The notes under the pieces were generated by a model that was not told where the DNA came from, searched no databases, and saw nothing but the letters and a program-made list of their open reading frames with translations. A DNA stretch of 59,923 nucleotides, filler included. It is 5 parts of 5 records of this genome, joined end to end, with 100 filler letters (N's around TTAATTAATTAA, not from the genome) between each part and the next. Parts side by side here need not be neighbours in the genome. Positions count along the whole stretch, not along the records: positions 46,674 to 53,634 come from SRR22947727_596; positions 53,735 to 59,923 come from SRR22947727_598; 3 more parts are not named here. One strand, 5' to 3'. Positions 49,287-58,827 of the stretch are shown in pieces. Numbering within the stretch: position 1 is the stretch's first letter; each line of letters begins with the position of its first letter. The translations under genes were made by a program, and so were the position numbers.

Positions 49287-51071
49287 ATGGACGATCAAAA
49301 TAAAAACCTTCTCTTGGCCACAGGCCTCAGCTTTGCAGTGATGCTGGCCTGGTTCGCAATTGCGCCGCCGCAAACTGCGCCGCCGCCAGAGCAGGCCCAA
49401 ACTGAAACCGCGCCCGTTGCCGCAACTGCCCCCGGCACAGCCGATGTCAATACAAATATCGCCTCCGGCAACGCGCAGGCCGTTGCAGAGGCCAGCCGCA
49501 TCACGATCAGCACGCCGCGCCTCGAAGGCTCTCTATCGCTTCTCGCAGGCCGGATTGATGATTTACGCCTCAAAGACTACACCGAAACCATAAAAGAAGG
49601 GTCTGAAATTGTGACGCTTCTGTCACCGGAAGGCTCCGACAACGCCTATTACGGCATTAACGGTTGGGCCGCCGCCTCTGGCGTTGATCCTGCCGACGTG
49701 CCGGGCCCCACCACGCTTTGGTCCACCAAATCCACTCAACTGACCCCCACATCGCCCGTGACCCTGACCTGGGACAATGGCAAAGGCTTGGCCTTTCAGC
49801 GCGTGATATCGGTCGATGAGAATTTCATGTTCTCTGTCGAGCAAACCGTGCAAAACAACGGCTCGGCGGCCGTAGCGCTGGCCCCCTACGGTCAAATTGC
49901 CCGCCACGGCGAACCGCCAAACCTCAAAGGCTTTTTTATTCTTCACGAGGGCATGGTGCGCATGTCCGACGGCGAATTGAACGAAACCAAATATGACAAT
50001 ATGCCCGAATTCGATATCAACCCCAAAGAACGCGCGCCGGCAGATGTCGTGCAAGTGGCCGAAGGCGGATGGATCGGCTTCACAGATCACTATTGGATGA
50101 CCACAATCGTGCCGCAGGGCGCGTTCAAATCCGTGGCTAAATATGACATCAACAACGACGTCTATTTGACCGAAGCGGTACAGCCAACACAGACCATTGA
50201 AGCGGGCGCCTCAACCACCGTCACATCGCAGTTTTTCGCAGGCGCGAAAGAATGGGAAGTGATCCGCAGCTACCAAAAAGACAAGGGCGTGGATCGCTTC
50301 GTCGATAGCATCGACTGGGGTTGGTTCTACTTCTTGACCAAACCCATATTCTGGCTGCTGCATACGATGAACGGTTTCATCGGAAATATGGGCTGGTCAA
50401 TCATCTGCTTGACCCTGGTGATCAAAGCTTTGCTTTTGCCCCTGGCTTATAAATCCTATGTCTCTATGGCGCGCATGAAAGAGCTGCAGCCAGAGATGGA
50501 AAAGCTGAAAGAACGCGCTGGTGATGACCGGCAAAAAATGCAGCAAGGCATGATGGAGCTTTATAAAAAGAATAAGGTCAACCCCGCCGCCGGCTGCCTG
50601 CCCATCTTGCCGCAGATCCCAATTTTCTTTTCGCTCTATAAAGTGATCTTCGTGACGCTGGAGCTGCGGCACGCCAGCTGGTTCGGCCCATTTCAGGATC
50701 TCTCTGCACCAGATCCAACCTCGATCATGAACCTGTTTGGCCTCCTGCCTTGGGGCGCGCCAGAGCCTGGATCCATCGTCGCCTTGATCTTGATTGGTAT
50801 CTTGCCGCTTCTTTTGGGCATCTCCATGTGGATGCAGCAGAAACTCAATCCCGCGCCAACAGATCCAACACAGGCGATGATCTTCGCTTGGATGCCTTGG
50901 GTGTTTATGTTCATGCTTGGCGGCTTCGCCTCGGGTCTCGTGGTCTACTGGATTGCCAACAACACGATCACCTTCATTCAGCAATATTCGATCATGCGCA
51001 GCCAAGGGGTCAAACCCGACGTCTTTGGCAATATCACCAGCACCTTCAAGCGATCGAAAAAGAAGAGCTGA
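49287..51071 (+). CDS. yidC: Membrane protein insertase YidC
   Basis: MDDQNKNLLLA, IDWGWFYFLTKP, NP.AGCLPI.QIPIFF.LY, DLSAPDP, GLVVYWIANN. Confidence 0.97.
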   Translation: MDDQNKNLLLATGLSFAVMLAWFAIAPPQTAPPPEQAQTETAPVAATAPGTADVNTNIASGNAQAVAEASRITISTPRLEGSLSLLAGRIDDLRLKDYTETIKEGSEIVTLLSPEGSDNAYYGINGWAAASGVDPADVPGPTTLWSTKSTQLTPTSPVTLTWDNGKGLAFQRVISVDENFMFSVEQTVQNNGSAAVALAPYGQIARHGEPPNLKGFFILHEGMVRMSDGELNETKYDNMPEFDINPKERAPADVVQVAEGGWIGFTDHYWMTTIVPQGAFKSVAKYDINNDVYLTEAVQPTQTIEAGASTTVTSQFFAGAKEWEVIRSYQKDKGVDRFVDSIDWGWFYFLTKPIFWLLHTMNGFIGNMGWSIICLTLVIKALLLPLAYKSYVSMARMKELQPEMEKLKERAGDDRQKMQQGMMELYKKNKVNPAAGCLPILPQIPIFFSLYKVIFVTLELRHASWFGPFQDLSAPDPTSIMNLFGLLPWGAPEPGSIVALILIGILPLLLGISMWMQQKLNPAPTDPTQAMIFAWMPWVFMFMLGGFASGLVVYWIANNTITFIQQYSIMRSQGVKPDVFGNITSTFKRSKKKS

Positions 51072-51072
51072 T

Positions 51073-51822
51073 ATGCCGCGCGTTACGGATATATTCCGCC
51101 ACCCGCTGAAATCTCATGGGCGTGAAGCCTTACAGCGGGTGACATTGTCTCAGGGCGCGGCCATGCCCTGGGATCGCCATTGGGCAGTGGCCCATGAGGC
51201 CTCCAAAGCCGATGGCAGCGAATGGGCCGCCTGCGCCAATTTTTCCCGCGTCTCAAAAGCGCCTCTCCTCATGGCCATCACCGCGCGGCTCAATGAGGCA
51301 GATGAAAGCCTCACACTCTCGCACCCCAATCGCAAAGACTTCACCTTTCAACCCGATGATGAACGGCAGCTGTCAGAGTTTCTGGCTTGGGTCAAACCTC
51401 TGATGCCTGCGGATCGCGCGCAATCCGCGCGCATTCTGCGCCTCCCCGAGCGAGGCTTTACAGATTCCGACTTTCCATCCATCAGCATCAACAGCCACGC
51501 CTCCTTGCGCGCTTTATCTGAGCATATAGGGCAGCCGCTGTCACAGCATAGATGGCGCGGCAACCTCTGGATTGACGGGCAGGATCCATGGGTAGAGCAC
51601 AGCTGGCTAGGACAAAAGTTTCGCATTGGCAGCGTGGTTTTTGAAGGCGTGGAGCCAATCGTGCGCTGCATGGCTACAACCGCCAATCCCGACACCGGCC
51701 TGCGCGATGCCGATACGCCTAGTGCTTTGAACGCTCTTTGCGGTCATCACGACTTCGGCCTCTATGCCCGCGTGATTGAAGCGGGCACACTCTCACTCGA
51801 TGACACGTTGGAGCTGTTATGA
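51073..51822 (+). CDS. MOSC domain protein
   Basis: Start moved to MPRVTDIFRHPLKS (ATG 51073); DRHWAV, RWRGNLWID, RCMATTANPDTG, FGLYARV. Confidence 0.9.
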   Translation: MPRVTDIFRHPLKSHGREALQRVTLSQGAAMPWDRHWAVAHEASKADGSEWAACANFSRVSKAPLLMAITARLNEADESLTLSHPNRKDFTFQPDDERQLSEFLAWVKPLMPADRAQSARILRLPERGFTDSDFPSISINSHASLRALSEHIGQPLSQHRWRGNLWIDGQDPWVEHSWLGQKFRIGSVVFEGVEPIVRCMATTANPDTGLRDADTPSALNALCGHHDFGLYARVIEAGTLSLDDTLELL

Positions 51823-52469
51823 TCCTACCTTTCCCGATCGCGGAACCTGAAAGTGACGCTGCCGCCGAATTGGGGCGCAAACTATTTTCCGGTCCAGTCG
51901 ACTTTCTCAAGGGTGTGGTTGCCATGGATGGCCTGCCCGATGCCGATCGCGTCGAGGTTTGCTTTGCCGGGCGTTCAAATGTCGGCAAGTCCAGCTTGAT
52001 CAACGCGCTGACCAACCGCAAAGGCCTGGCACGCGCGTCAAATACGCCCGGGCGCACCCAAGAGATTAATTTCTTCGAACTGGGCGAGGCGCGCTATTTG
52101 GTCGATCTGCCGGGCTATGGCTACGCCAATGCGCCGCTCGCCGTGGTTGAAAAATGGCAACGCCTTTTGAAAAACTACCTTTCTGGCCGCCCAAATTTGC
52201 GCCGCGCCTTTGTATTGATCGACAGCCGTCACGGAATAAAACCGGTGGATGAGGAGATCATGCAGCTCATGAACAGATCCGCCCTGACCTTTCAGGTGGT
52301 CATGACCAAAGCCGATAAGATCAAAGATCACGAAAGAGACCGAGTATTGGAGCAAGTGCGCGGGAAACTGGCAAAGCACCCCGCCGCCTTTCCAGAGCTG
52401 ATCCTGACAAGCTCAGAAAAAGGCGAGGGCATTGCCACATTGCGCGCGGTGATCACTAGCTTAGAATAG
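51819..52469 (+). CDS. yihA: Ribosome biogenesis GTPase YihA/EngB
   Basis: GRSNVGKSS, SNTPGRT, DLPGYG, TKADK. Confidence 0.96.
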   Translation: MILPFPIAEPESDAAAELGRKLFSGPVDFLKGVVAMDGLPDADRVEVCFAGRSNVGKSSLINALTNRKGLARASNTPGRTQEINFFELGEARYLVDLPGYGYANAPLAVVEKWQRLLKNYLSGRPNLRRAFVLIDSRHGIKPVDEEIMQLMNRSALTFQVVMTKADKIKDHERDRVLEQVRGKLAKHPAAFPELILTSSEKGEGIATLRAVITSLE

Positions 52470-52562
52470 CTGTCTGCCTGTAAAACACTCTTGGCACGAC
52501 GGCTTGGAGCCACTACGCTTGCACCAGCCGCTTCAGACCAGATGCCACAGAAAGAACACCCC

Positions 52563-53429
52563 ATGAAAAGCGAATGGTTAACCACCGCCAGCACCTTGTC
52601 GAAAGCCTTGCCTTATCTGCAGCGCTATGACGGTGCGACAGTGGTGATAAAATTTGGCGGCCATGCCATGGGCAGCGATGCGGCCATGGAGTCCTTTGCG
52701 CGTGATGTTGTTTTGATGCAGCAGGTGGGGGTAAACCCGGTGATTGTGCACGGCGGCGGGCCGATGATCAACGACATGCTCAAGCGCCTTGATATTCAAT
52801 CCGACTTCGTCGACGGAAAACGCGTCACGGATGCGGCCACCATGGAAGTGGTTGAAATGGTCCTGTCAGGTCGTGTCAATAAGCGGATCGTGCAGGCCAT
52901 CAACGCGCAGGGTGGGCGTGCGGTTGGCCTATCGGGCAAGGACGCCAGTTTGATGACCTGCGATGTTGCAGATCCGAAATTGGGTCTGGTTGGCAAACCG
53001 CGTGACATTGATCCAACCGTGCTGAATACGCTTTTTGAGGCGGATATGATTCCGGTCATTGCCCCACTAGGCTCAGGCGATGCTGGCGAGACGTTTAACA
53101 TCAACGGCGACACAGTCGCTGGCGCCATTGCCGCAGCACTCAAGGCTGATCGGCTTTTGCTTCTGACCGATGTTTCAGGCGTGAAAAATGCGGAGGGCGA
53201 AGTGCTCACAGAATTGTCGCCAGACACCATCAAAGAGTTTACCGCCAGCGGTGTGATTGCCGGCGGCATGATTCCAAAAACAGAAACCGCGCTGGAAGCG
53301 ATTGCGGGCGGTGTCCGGGCGGTGGTGATCATCGATGGTCGCGCACCGAATGCCTGTCTTTTGGAATTATTCACGGACCATGGGGCCGGATCTTTGATCC
53401 GATCGCCCGATGCTCCCATTGGATCATAG
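52563..53429 (+). CDS. argB: Acetylglutamate kinase
   Basis: VIKFGG, VHGGGP, GKRVTD, GLSGKD, NINGD, GGMIPK; start moved to MKSEW. Confidence 0.96.
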   Translation: MKSEWLTTASTLSKALPYLQRYDGATVVIKFGGHAMGSDAAMESFARDVVLMQQVGVNPVIVHGGGPMINDMLKRLDIQSDFVDGKRVTDAATMEVVEMVLSGRVNKRIVQAINAQGGRAVGLSGKDASLMTCDVADPKLGLVGKPRDIDPTVLNTLFEADMIPVIAPLGSGDAGETFNINGDTVAGAIAAALKADRLLLLTDVSGVKNAEGEVLTELSPDTIKEFTASGVIAGGMIPKTETALEAIAGGVRAVVIIDGRAPNACLLELFTDHGAGSLIRSPDAPIGS

Positions 53430-53443
53430 AGAAGAGCGCGCAG

Positions 53444-53634
53444 ATGTCCCAAGACGCCATAATGCGCCTCACCATATTTCTTGGCCTATTTGCCATTCTA
53501 GCTGGCATTGAACATTTGGCCCCGCGCCGTCCTCGGCCGCAAAAAACCCGGCGCTGGATCACCAATTGGATCTTTGTTGTGGTCGACGCGCTCACCCTGC
53601 GCGCCCTTGCAGTGTTTCTTCCATTCGCCGCCGT
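53444..53634 (+). CDS. Sterol desaturase / fatty acid hydroxylase family protein, N-terminal fragment
   Basis: RLTIFLGLFAILAGIEHLAPRR...RRWITNW, typical of this family's N-terminus; cut by contig end. Confidence 0.7.
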
Positions 53635-53734
53635 NNNNNNNNNNNNNNNNNNNNNNNNNNNNNNNNNNNNNNNNNNNNTTAATTAATTAANNNNNNNNNN
53701 NNNNNNNNNNNNNNNNNNNNNNNNNNNNNNNNNN
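53635..53734. other. Artificial contig linker
   Basis: N44-TTAATTAATTAA-N44. Confidence 0.99.
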
Positions 53735-53735
53735 T

Positions 53736-53846
53736 ATTTATTATGGAATGATGCAATTTATGGTGATTCAAGTTATTGGACTTATTTTAATAATAGTATT
53801 TCCACAAATTGCTTTATGGCTACCAACCTATCTATATGGACAGTAG
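53736..53846 (+). CDS. TRAP transporter large permease (DctM-like), C-terminal fragment
   Basis: Hand translation IYYGMMQFMVIQVIGLILIIVFPQIALWLPTYLYGQ*, with the typical FP.IALWLP ending. Confidence 0.85.
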   Translation: MYYGMMQFMVIQVIGLILIIVFPQIALWLPTYLYGQ

Positions 53847-53871
53847 TATTTATTAGTTTATTATAAAACTA

Positions 53872-55335
53872 GTGAATCAAATCAAATCAAACAATGCTTT
53901 AATAAACTGGGAGTTAGTTAGCGTTAATCCCAATGACAAAAATTGGACTTGGAAAGAGTTATTTTATTTTTGGGGATGTAATATTCAAAGTGTAATTGCT
54001 TTTTCTTTAATTGCTTCTCTTTATTTAGTTTATGAACTTAATATATTTGTAGTTTTATTTGGTAGTTTAATTGCATCTATATTTGTTTATTTTTTTGCTA
54101 ATTTAATAGGTAAACCCTCCCAAAAATATGGATTACCGTTTCCAGTAATTTTAAGAAGTGCTCTTGGAATTAACGGAGCTAAATATTTTGCTTTAACAAG
54201 AGGAATTGTTGGCATCTTTATGTTTAGTATTCAAACTTATTTTTTATCAAAACTTTTTAGTTATCTGATTAGAATTTCAATTTTTTCTATTGATAGCTCT
54301 TTTCTTGATGAAGATATTTTTTTAATTTTTATTTTAGGATTAAATTTAATTGATTGGATTGCTTTTATTTTTACAATTAGTTTGCAGCTTTTTTTATTTA
54401 GCAAAAGCCATCAATTTAATAGAAGTATAATAAAATTTTCAGCAATTACTGTTTATAGTGGGATGCTAATATTTTTTTTAGTTGTATTGCTCTATGACGT
54501 TAAAGTTATAAGTTCAGCATTTGTTGATATTTTTTCTATAAACAATCTATTTGATAGAACCAATATAGCTCCATTAATTGCTGTGGTGGGAACAGTTTTT
54601 GCATATTTTTCTGTTATAATTGTAAATTATGGAGACTTTAGTAGGTATGTTAAAGACGAAAGAGAATTAAAAAAAGGTAACTTAAGCCTATTATTAAATT
54701 TATTTTTATTTTCTTTTTTTACAGTTTTTATTGTCATTGGAGCAGATATTTTTCTTAATAAAAATTTGGAACTTATGGAAAGAATTTTAACTAACCCAAC
54801 TGATATAGTGGGTAAGATCGATAATATACAATTAACCGTGATTGTTTTATTTTTTATTATTTTTTCATCTGCTTCAACTAATTTAATTGCAAATTATATT
54901 CCAACTCAAAATTCACTAATAAATTTTATTCCAAGTGTTCTAAATTTAAGAAGTTCAGCAATCATAATTGGTTGTACTGGTTTTATAATTGGTATTTTTT
55001 GGTTACCTTTATTAAGTCAGATCGGCATTTTAGCATTTATTGACACCCTAAGCTCTTTTTTTGGACCAATATTTGGACTTATAATTATTGACTATTACTT
55101 TGTTAAAGAAACTAATTTAGACAATAGACAAATTTTTTCATCAAATACTGAGGGGTTATATTTTTATTCAAATGGTTGGAATTTAAGAGGTCTTTATTCT
55201 TTGTTTTTAGGCTTTATCTTTTCTGCTTCTACAATTTGGAATGAAAGCTTAATGAGCTTTCATTCTTATTCTTGGATAATCGGCACTTTTATCTCTTCTT
55301 TAACTTATTATCTTATTGCTAATAAAAAATCTTAA
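53872..55335 (+). CDS. NCS1 family nucleobase/allantoin-type permease (divergent)
   Basis: About 12 TM; KYGLPFPVILRSALGINGA, NYGDFSRY, STNLIANY, FGPIFG..IIDY. Confidence 0.88.
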   Translation: MNQIKSNNALINWELVSVNPNDKNWTWKELFYFWGCNIQSVIAFSLIASLYLVYELNIFVVLFGSLIASIFVYFFANLIGKPSQKYGLPFPVILRSALGINGAKYFALTRGIVGIFMFSIQTYFLSKLFSYLIRISIFSIDSSFLDEDIFLIFILGLNLIDWIAFIFTISLQLFLFSKSHQFNRSIIKFSAITVYSGMLIFFLVVLLYDVKVISSAFVDIFSINNLFDRTNIAPLIAVVGTVFAYFSVIIVNYGDFSRYVKDERELKKGNLSLLLNLFLFSFFTVFIVIGADIFLNKNLELMERILTNPTDIVGKIDNIQLTVIVLFFIIFSSASTNLIANYIPTQNSLINFIPSVLNLRSSAIIIGCTGFIIGIFWLPLLSQIGILAFIDTLSSFFGPIFGLIIIDYYFVKETNLDNRQIFSSNTEGLYFYSNGWNLRGLYSLFLGFIFSASTIWNESLMSFHSYSWIIGTFISSLTYYLIANKKS

Positions 55336-56081
55336 TGCATCAATTTGATCTTAAAAATAGAACTGCAATAATTACTGGTGGCGCCCAAGGTTTCGGTCTA
55401 GATATTGCAAAGAGATTTTTAAATTCTGGTGTAAAAACTATAATCTGGGATATTGATGAAAAAGAATTACAAAAAGCTGTAAAAGAAATAAACAATCCAA
55501 ACCTTACATATAATGTAGTGGATGTATCTAATTTTAGTAATGTTAAAAATACCGTAGACCAAATAACAAAAATATCTAATATTGACATTTTAATTAATAA
55601 TGCTGGTATTACTGGCTCAACCTCATCTCTGTGGGACTACGATGTTGATGAATGGAATAAAATAGTTCAGATTAATTTAATGGGCACTTTTAATTGCTGC
55701 AAATGCATTGTTCCCAATATGATCAAGAATAACTATGGAAGGATTGTTAACGTTGCTTCAGTTGCTGGCAAAGATGGGAATGCAAATGCGAGCGCTTATA
55801 GTTCAGCAAAAGCAGGGGCTATTGGTCTAACTAAATCACTAGGTAAAGAATTAGCTGATAAAAATATTGCTGTTAATGCAATAACGCCAGCTGGTGCAAA
55901 AACTAGAATCTTAGACCAAATGTCAAAGGAACACGTTGCTAGGATGTTATCAAAAGTTCCAAGAGGTAGATTTCTAGAAATTGAAGAGTTTACTTCATTA
56001 GTTTGCTGGTTATCCTCTGAAGAAAATTCATTTTCTACAGCAGCAGTATTTGATATTAGTGGTGGTAGATCTACTTATTAA
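55335..56081 (+). CDS. SDR oxidoreductase, similar to 2-keto-3-deoxy-L-rhamnonate dehydrogenase (LRA5)-like enzymes
   Basis: TGGAQGFG, NNAGITG, ASVAGKDGNANASAYSSAK, TKSLGKELA, FDISGGRSTY. Confidence 0.8.
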   Translation: MHQFDLKNRTAIITGGAQGFGLDIAKRFLNSGVKTIIWDIDEKELQKAVKEINNPNLTYNVVDVSNFSNVKNTVDQITKISNIDILINNAGITGSTSSLWDYDVDEWNKIVQINLMGTFNCCKCIVPNMIKNNYGRIVNVASVAGKDGNANASAYSSAKAGAIGLTKSLGKELADKNIAVNAITPAGAKTRILDQMSKEHVARMLSKVPRGRFLEIEEFTSLVCWLSSEENSFSTAAVFDISGGRSTY

Positions 56082-56199
56082 GCTTATTTAAGGTTATTTT
56101 GGTCTCAGTCTTATAAATTTTTTGTTCTTTAGAAATTACAGGTGCCAGCAGTATTACCGACCAATAGATTAAAAGGACAAATATAGAAATTATTTTCAT
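56071..56199 (-). CDS. Small single-TM or secreted protein, 42 aa (absent from ORF track)
   Basis: MKIISIFVLLIYWSVILLAPVISKEQKIYKTETKITLNKLNK*; fills the gap and converges on the SDR stop. Confidence 0.55.
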   Translation of the reverse strand: MKIISIFVLLIYWSVILLAPVISKEQKIYKTETKITLNKLNK

Positions 56200-56290
56200 A
56201 TCATTAGAATTAATACCTAAAGTTGATTTTTAAATGTTTAAATTTTGTTCAAATATTGTTTTTTGAAATACAATAGCTATATAGACTGCA

Positions 56291-56935
56291 ATGATAAAAA
56301 ATTTTTTAATTTTATTTCTAACATTAATTCTATTTTCAACCAGTACTGTTGCTGAAAATATTAAGGTATTTGAATTTACAGACGAAGAGTTCAAGAATCT
56401 ACAAGTAAAAAAAGTCAAAGGAGAAACCAAATGGACACTCGGGTCTAATGAAAATGGTGCTTATATCAAAGCTGAAGCTGAAGGAGTAGGCTCAGGACTT
56501 GGTAAGGAAATAGAAATAGATTTAAATAAAACACCATTTATAAATATTACTTGGAAAGTTGAAAAAGACCTTTCAGGGATAATTGAAAATAGTAAAAAAG
56601 GTCATGATTATGCAGCACGTGTTTTTGTAATTAAAAAAACAGGAGCAACACCCCTGTCAAATAGAGCAATTAACTATGTATTTTCAAGCAATAATATAAT
56701 TGATCAAAATTGGTCTAGTCCGTACACAAAAAAATCTATTGACTATGTTTTGTCAACTACAATCGATAAACCTAATATATGGGTTACAGTTAAAGCCAAT
56801 GTTAAAGAAGATTTTATGAAGTTACATGGTTTAGATGTTGATAATATTTCAGGTGTAGCAATAATGACTGATACCGATAATTCAAAACTAAAAGCAATAT
56901 CGTATTATCAAAATATTTATTTTTCAGATAAATAA
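56291..56935 (+). CDS. DUF3047 family exported protein
   Basis: Signal peptide; TPFINITWKV, KKGHDYAARVFV, AINYVFSS, GVAIMTDTDN. Confidence 0.88.
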   Translation: MIKNFLILFLTLILFSTSTVAENIKVFEFTDEEFKNLQVKKVKGETKWTLGSNENGAYIKAEAEGVGSGLGKEIEIDLNKTPFINITWKVEKDLSGIIENSKKGHDYAARVFVIKKTGATPLSNRAINYVFSSNNIIDQNWSSPYTKKSIDYVLSTTIDKPNIWVTVKANVKEDFMKLHGLDVDNISGVAIMTDTDNSKLKAISYYQNIYFSDK

Positions 56936-56942
56936 ATTTGAT

Positions 56943-57083
56943 TTAAAGTTTTTTTTTAAGAAACATGCTCATTAACGACAAAAGTACAGCAACAACCACA
57001 TCTTCTAATGGTGTTGCTCTAGGCACCATAAAATTCCAAGCTATAACGGCAGTTAGCCAAATTATATAAACTTTCATTATCAT
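56943..57083 (-). CDS. Small two-TM protein, 46 aa (absent from ORF track)
   Basis: MIMKVYIIWLTAVIAWNFMVPRATPLEDVVVAVLLSLMSMFLKKKL*. Confidence 0.7.
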   Translation of the reverse strand: MIMKVYIIWLTAVIAWNFMVPRATPLEDVVVAVLLSLMSMFLKKKL

Positions 57084-57135
57084 TATTATATCTTACTTTG
57101 ATGTTAAAAATCATTTTTTTTGTTAGTATAATTAC

Positions 57136-57558
57136 ATGCATGAAAATTTTTTTTATGATTTAAAAGTTTATTATGAAGACACAGATGCGGGTGGTGTAGT
57201 TTATTATGCAAATTATCTAAAATTTCTTGAAAGAGCTAGAACTGAAGCCTTAGTCGAACTTGGTTTCAGTAATAAAAAGATAAAAGAAAAATTTGGAGCT
57301 TTAATAATAGTAAAGTCATGCAATATAGAATACATAAAACCCTCATATCTTGAGGATCAACTTAAAGTGAGATCTTTTATAAAGTCAGTTACAAAAACCT
57401 CGTTTTTTATGAATCAATTTATTAGTAGGGATGAAGATTTGATAACAGAAGCTAAAGTTCATTTGGTCTTTGTTAATGAAGAAGGAAAACCTATGAAAAT
57501 TCCAGGAAGTTTATTTGAAGATTTAAAACCTTATTTTTGTGACAGTATTAAAGTTTAA
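57136..57558 (+). CDS. ybgC: YbgC-family acyl-CoA thioesterase
   Basis: VYYEDTDAGGVVYYANYLKFLERARTE. Confidence 0.9.
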   Translation: MHENFFYDLKVYYEDTDAGGVVYYANYLKFLERARTEALVELGFSNKKIKEKFGALIIVKSCNIEYIKPSYLEDQLKVRSFIKSVTKTSFFMNQFISRDEDLITEAKVHLVFVNEEGKPMKIPGSLFEDLKPYFCDSIKV

Positions 57559-58228
57559 ATAATTTTTTAGCTTTTCTTAATAATGAAATCATTTTTTTTG
57601 TATTAATAACTTTAGTATTTACATTTCTTGGACTCGGATGATAGCTTGCAATTAAAGTCCTCCCATCTGGCAGCTTATATTTTGCTCCATGCTTGAATTT
57701 TAATTTTTTTTTAAATTTATAACTTTTATTATAAAATTTAATGCAATTATCAAAAGCTATCTTTCCTAGAGTTAAAATTACCTTCAATTTTTTTAAATTT
57801 TTAATTTCATAATCAAAATAACTTGAACAATTATCCAACTCACTTTTTAAAGGCTTATCTTCTGGGGGAACACACTTAAGTATGTTTGTGATGTAAGTAT
57901 TTTTTAATTTTAAACCATCATTGATGTTTGTAGATTTAGATTGATTTGAAATTTGAACTTTATAGAGACAATTAAATAAAAAATCACCCGACTTATCTCC
58001 AGTAAAAGCCCTACCTGTTCTTGTTCCTCCATGTGCTGCAGGAGCAAGTCCAATAATCATTAATTTGCCATTAATGTCACCAAACCCGGGCACAGGTTTT
58101 CCCCAATAAATTTCATTAATATTTTGCTTTCTTTTGTCTTTTGAAATTTTTTTACTATAACTAATTAAGCGAGGACATTTTTTACATTTAATTATTGAAT
58201 TATTTATTTTTTCGAACTTAATAGTCAT
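57548..58228 (-). CDS. Uracil-DNA glycosylase, family 5 (UdgB-like, Fe-S)
   Basis: CKKCPRL, YWGKPVPGFG, GLAPAAHGGTRTGRAFTGD, KCVPP..KP, YHPSPRN. Confidence 0.92.
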   Translation of the reverse strand: MTIKFEKINNSIIKCKKCPRLISYSKKISKDKRKQNINEIYWGKPVPGFGDINGKLMIIGLAPAAHGGTRTGRAFTGDKSGDFLFNCLYKVQISNQSKSTNINDGLKLKNTYITNILKCVPPEDKPLKSELDNCSSYFDYEIKNLKKLKVILTLGKIAFDNCIKFYNKSYKFKKKLKFKHGAKYKLPDGRTLIASYHPSPRNVNTKVINTKKMISLLRKAKKLFKL

Positions 58229-58230
58229 TC

Positions 58231-58791
58231 ATGAAACTTATTAAAATTTTAATATTTTTACTTATATCTTTCAATCTACCATTTAAAACTTATTCTAACA
58301 CAAACATTGAAAATATTTTAAAGGATGGGGGAAAATTAATATTTGTGAGACATGCATATGCACCTGGAGGAGGAGATCCTAGCAATTTTGATGTAACCGA
58401 TTGTTCCACCCAACGGAATTTAAATGAAGAGGGCATCGTTCAATCTGTAAATTTAGGAATTTTTTTTACAAAAAATCAAATAAAGGTTGATAAAGTTTTA
58501 TCTAGTGAATGGTGTAGATGCAAACAAACAGCTGAATATGCTTTTAAAAAATTCGAAACAAAAAGCTTTTTAAATTCTTTTTTTAGTGAAAAATTTTCAA
58601 AAAATAAAACCAAACAAATCAAAGAACTAAAAGAATATGTAAATGAATGGAATAGTAGTAAAAATTTAGTTTTAATTACCCATTATGTTACAATCTTAGA
58701 AGTTACGAATACTGCTGTTTCATCTGGTGAAATGGTAATTACTGATAAAAATTTTAACGTTTTACAAAGACAAAAAATTTCAATTAATTAA
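58231..58791 (+). CDS. Exported histidine phosphatase family protein
   Basis: Signal peptide; RHAYAPG, CSTQRNL, SSEWCRCKQTA, LITH. Confidence 0.88.
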   Translation: MKLIKILIFLLISFNLPFKTYSNTNIENILKDGGKLIFVRHAYAPGGGDPSNFDVTDCSTQRNLNEEGIVQSVNLGIFFTKNQIKVDKVLSSEWCRCKQTAEYAFKKFETKSFLNSFFSEKFSKNKTKQIKELKEYVNEWNSSKNLVLITHYVTILEVTNTAVSSGEMVITDKNFNVLQRQKISIN

Positions 58792-58827
58792 AGTTTATTT
58801 TATTAGGAATAAATATAGAATAAAATA

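Noticed and set aside
50917..51072. N-terminal extension of the MOSC ORF overlapping yidC, and similar extensions on trpG, DUF192, amgK, frr, tsf, rpsB and argB
   Set aside because: Longest-ORF artefacts; family N-termini and RBS or overlap patterns support the later starts
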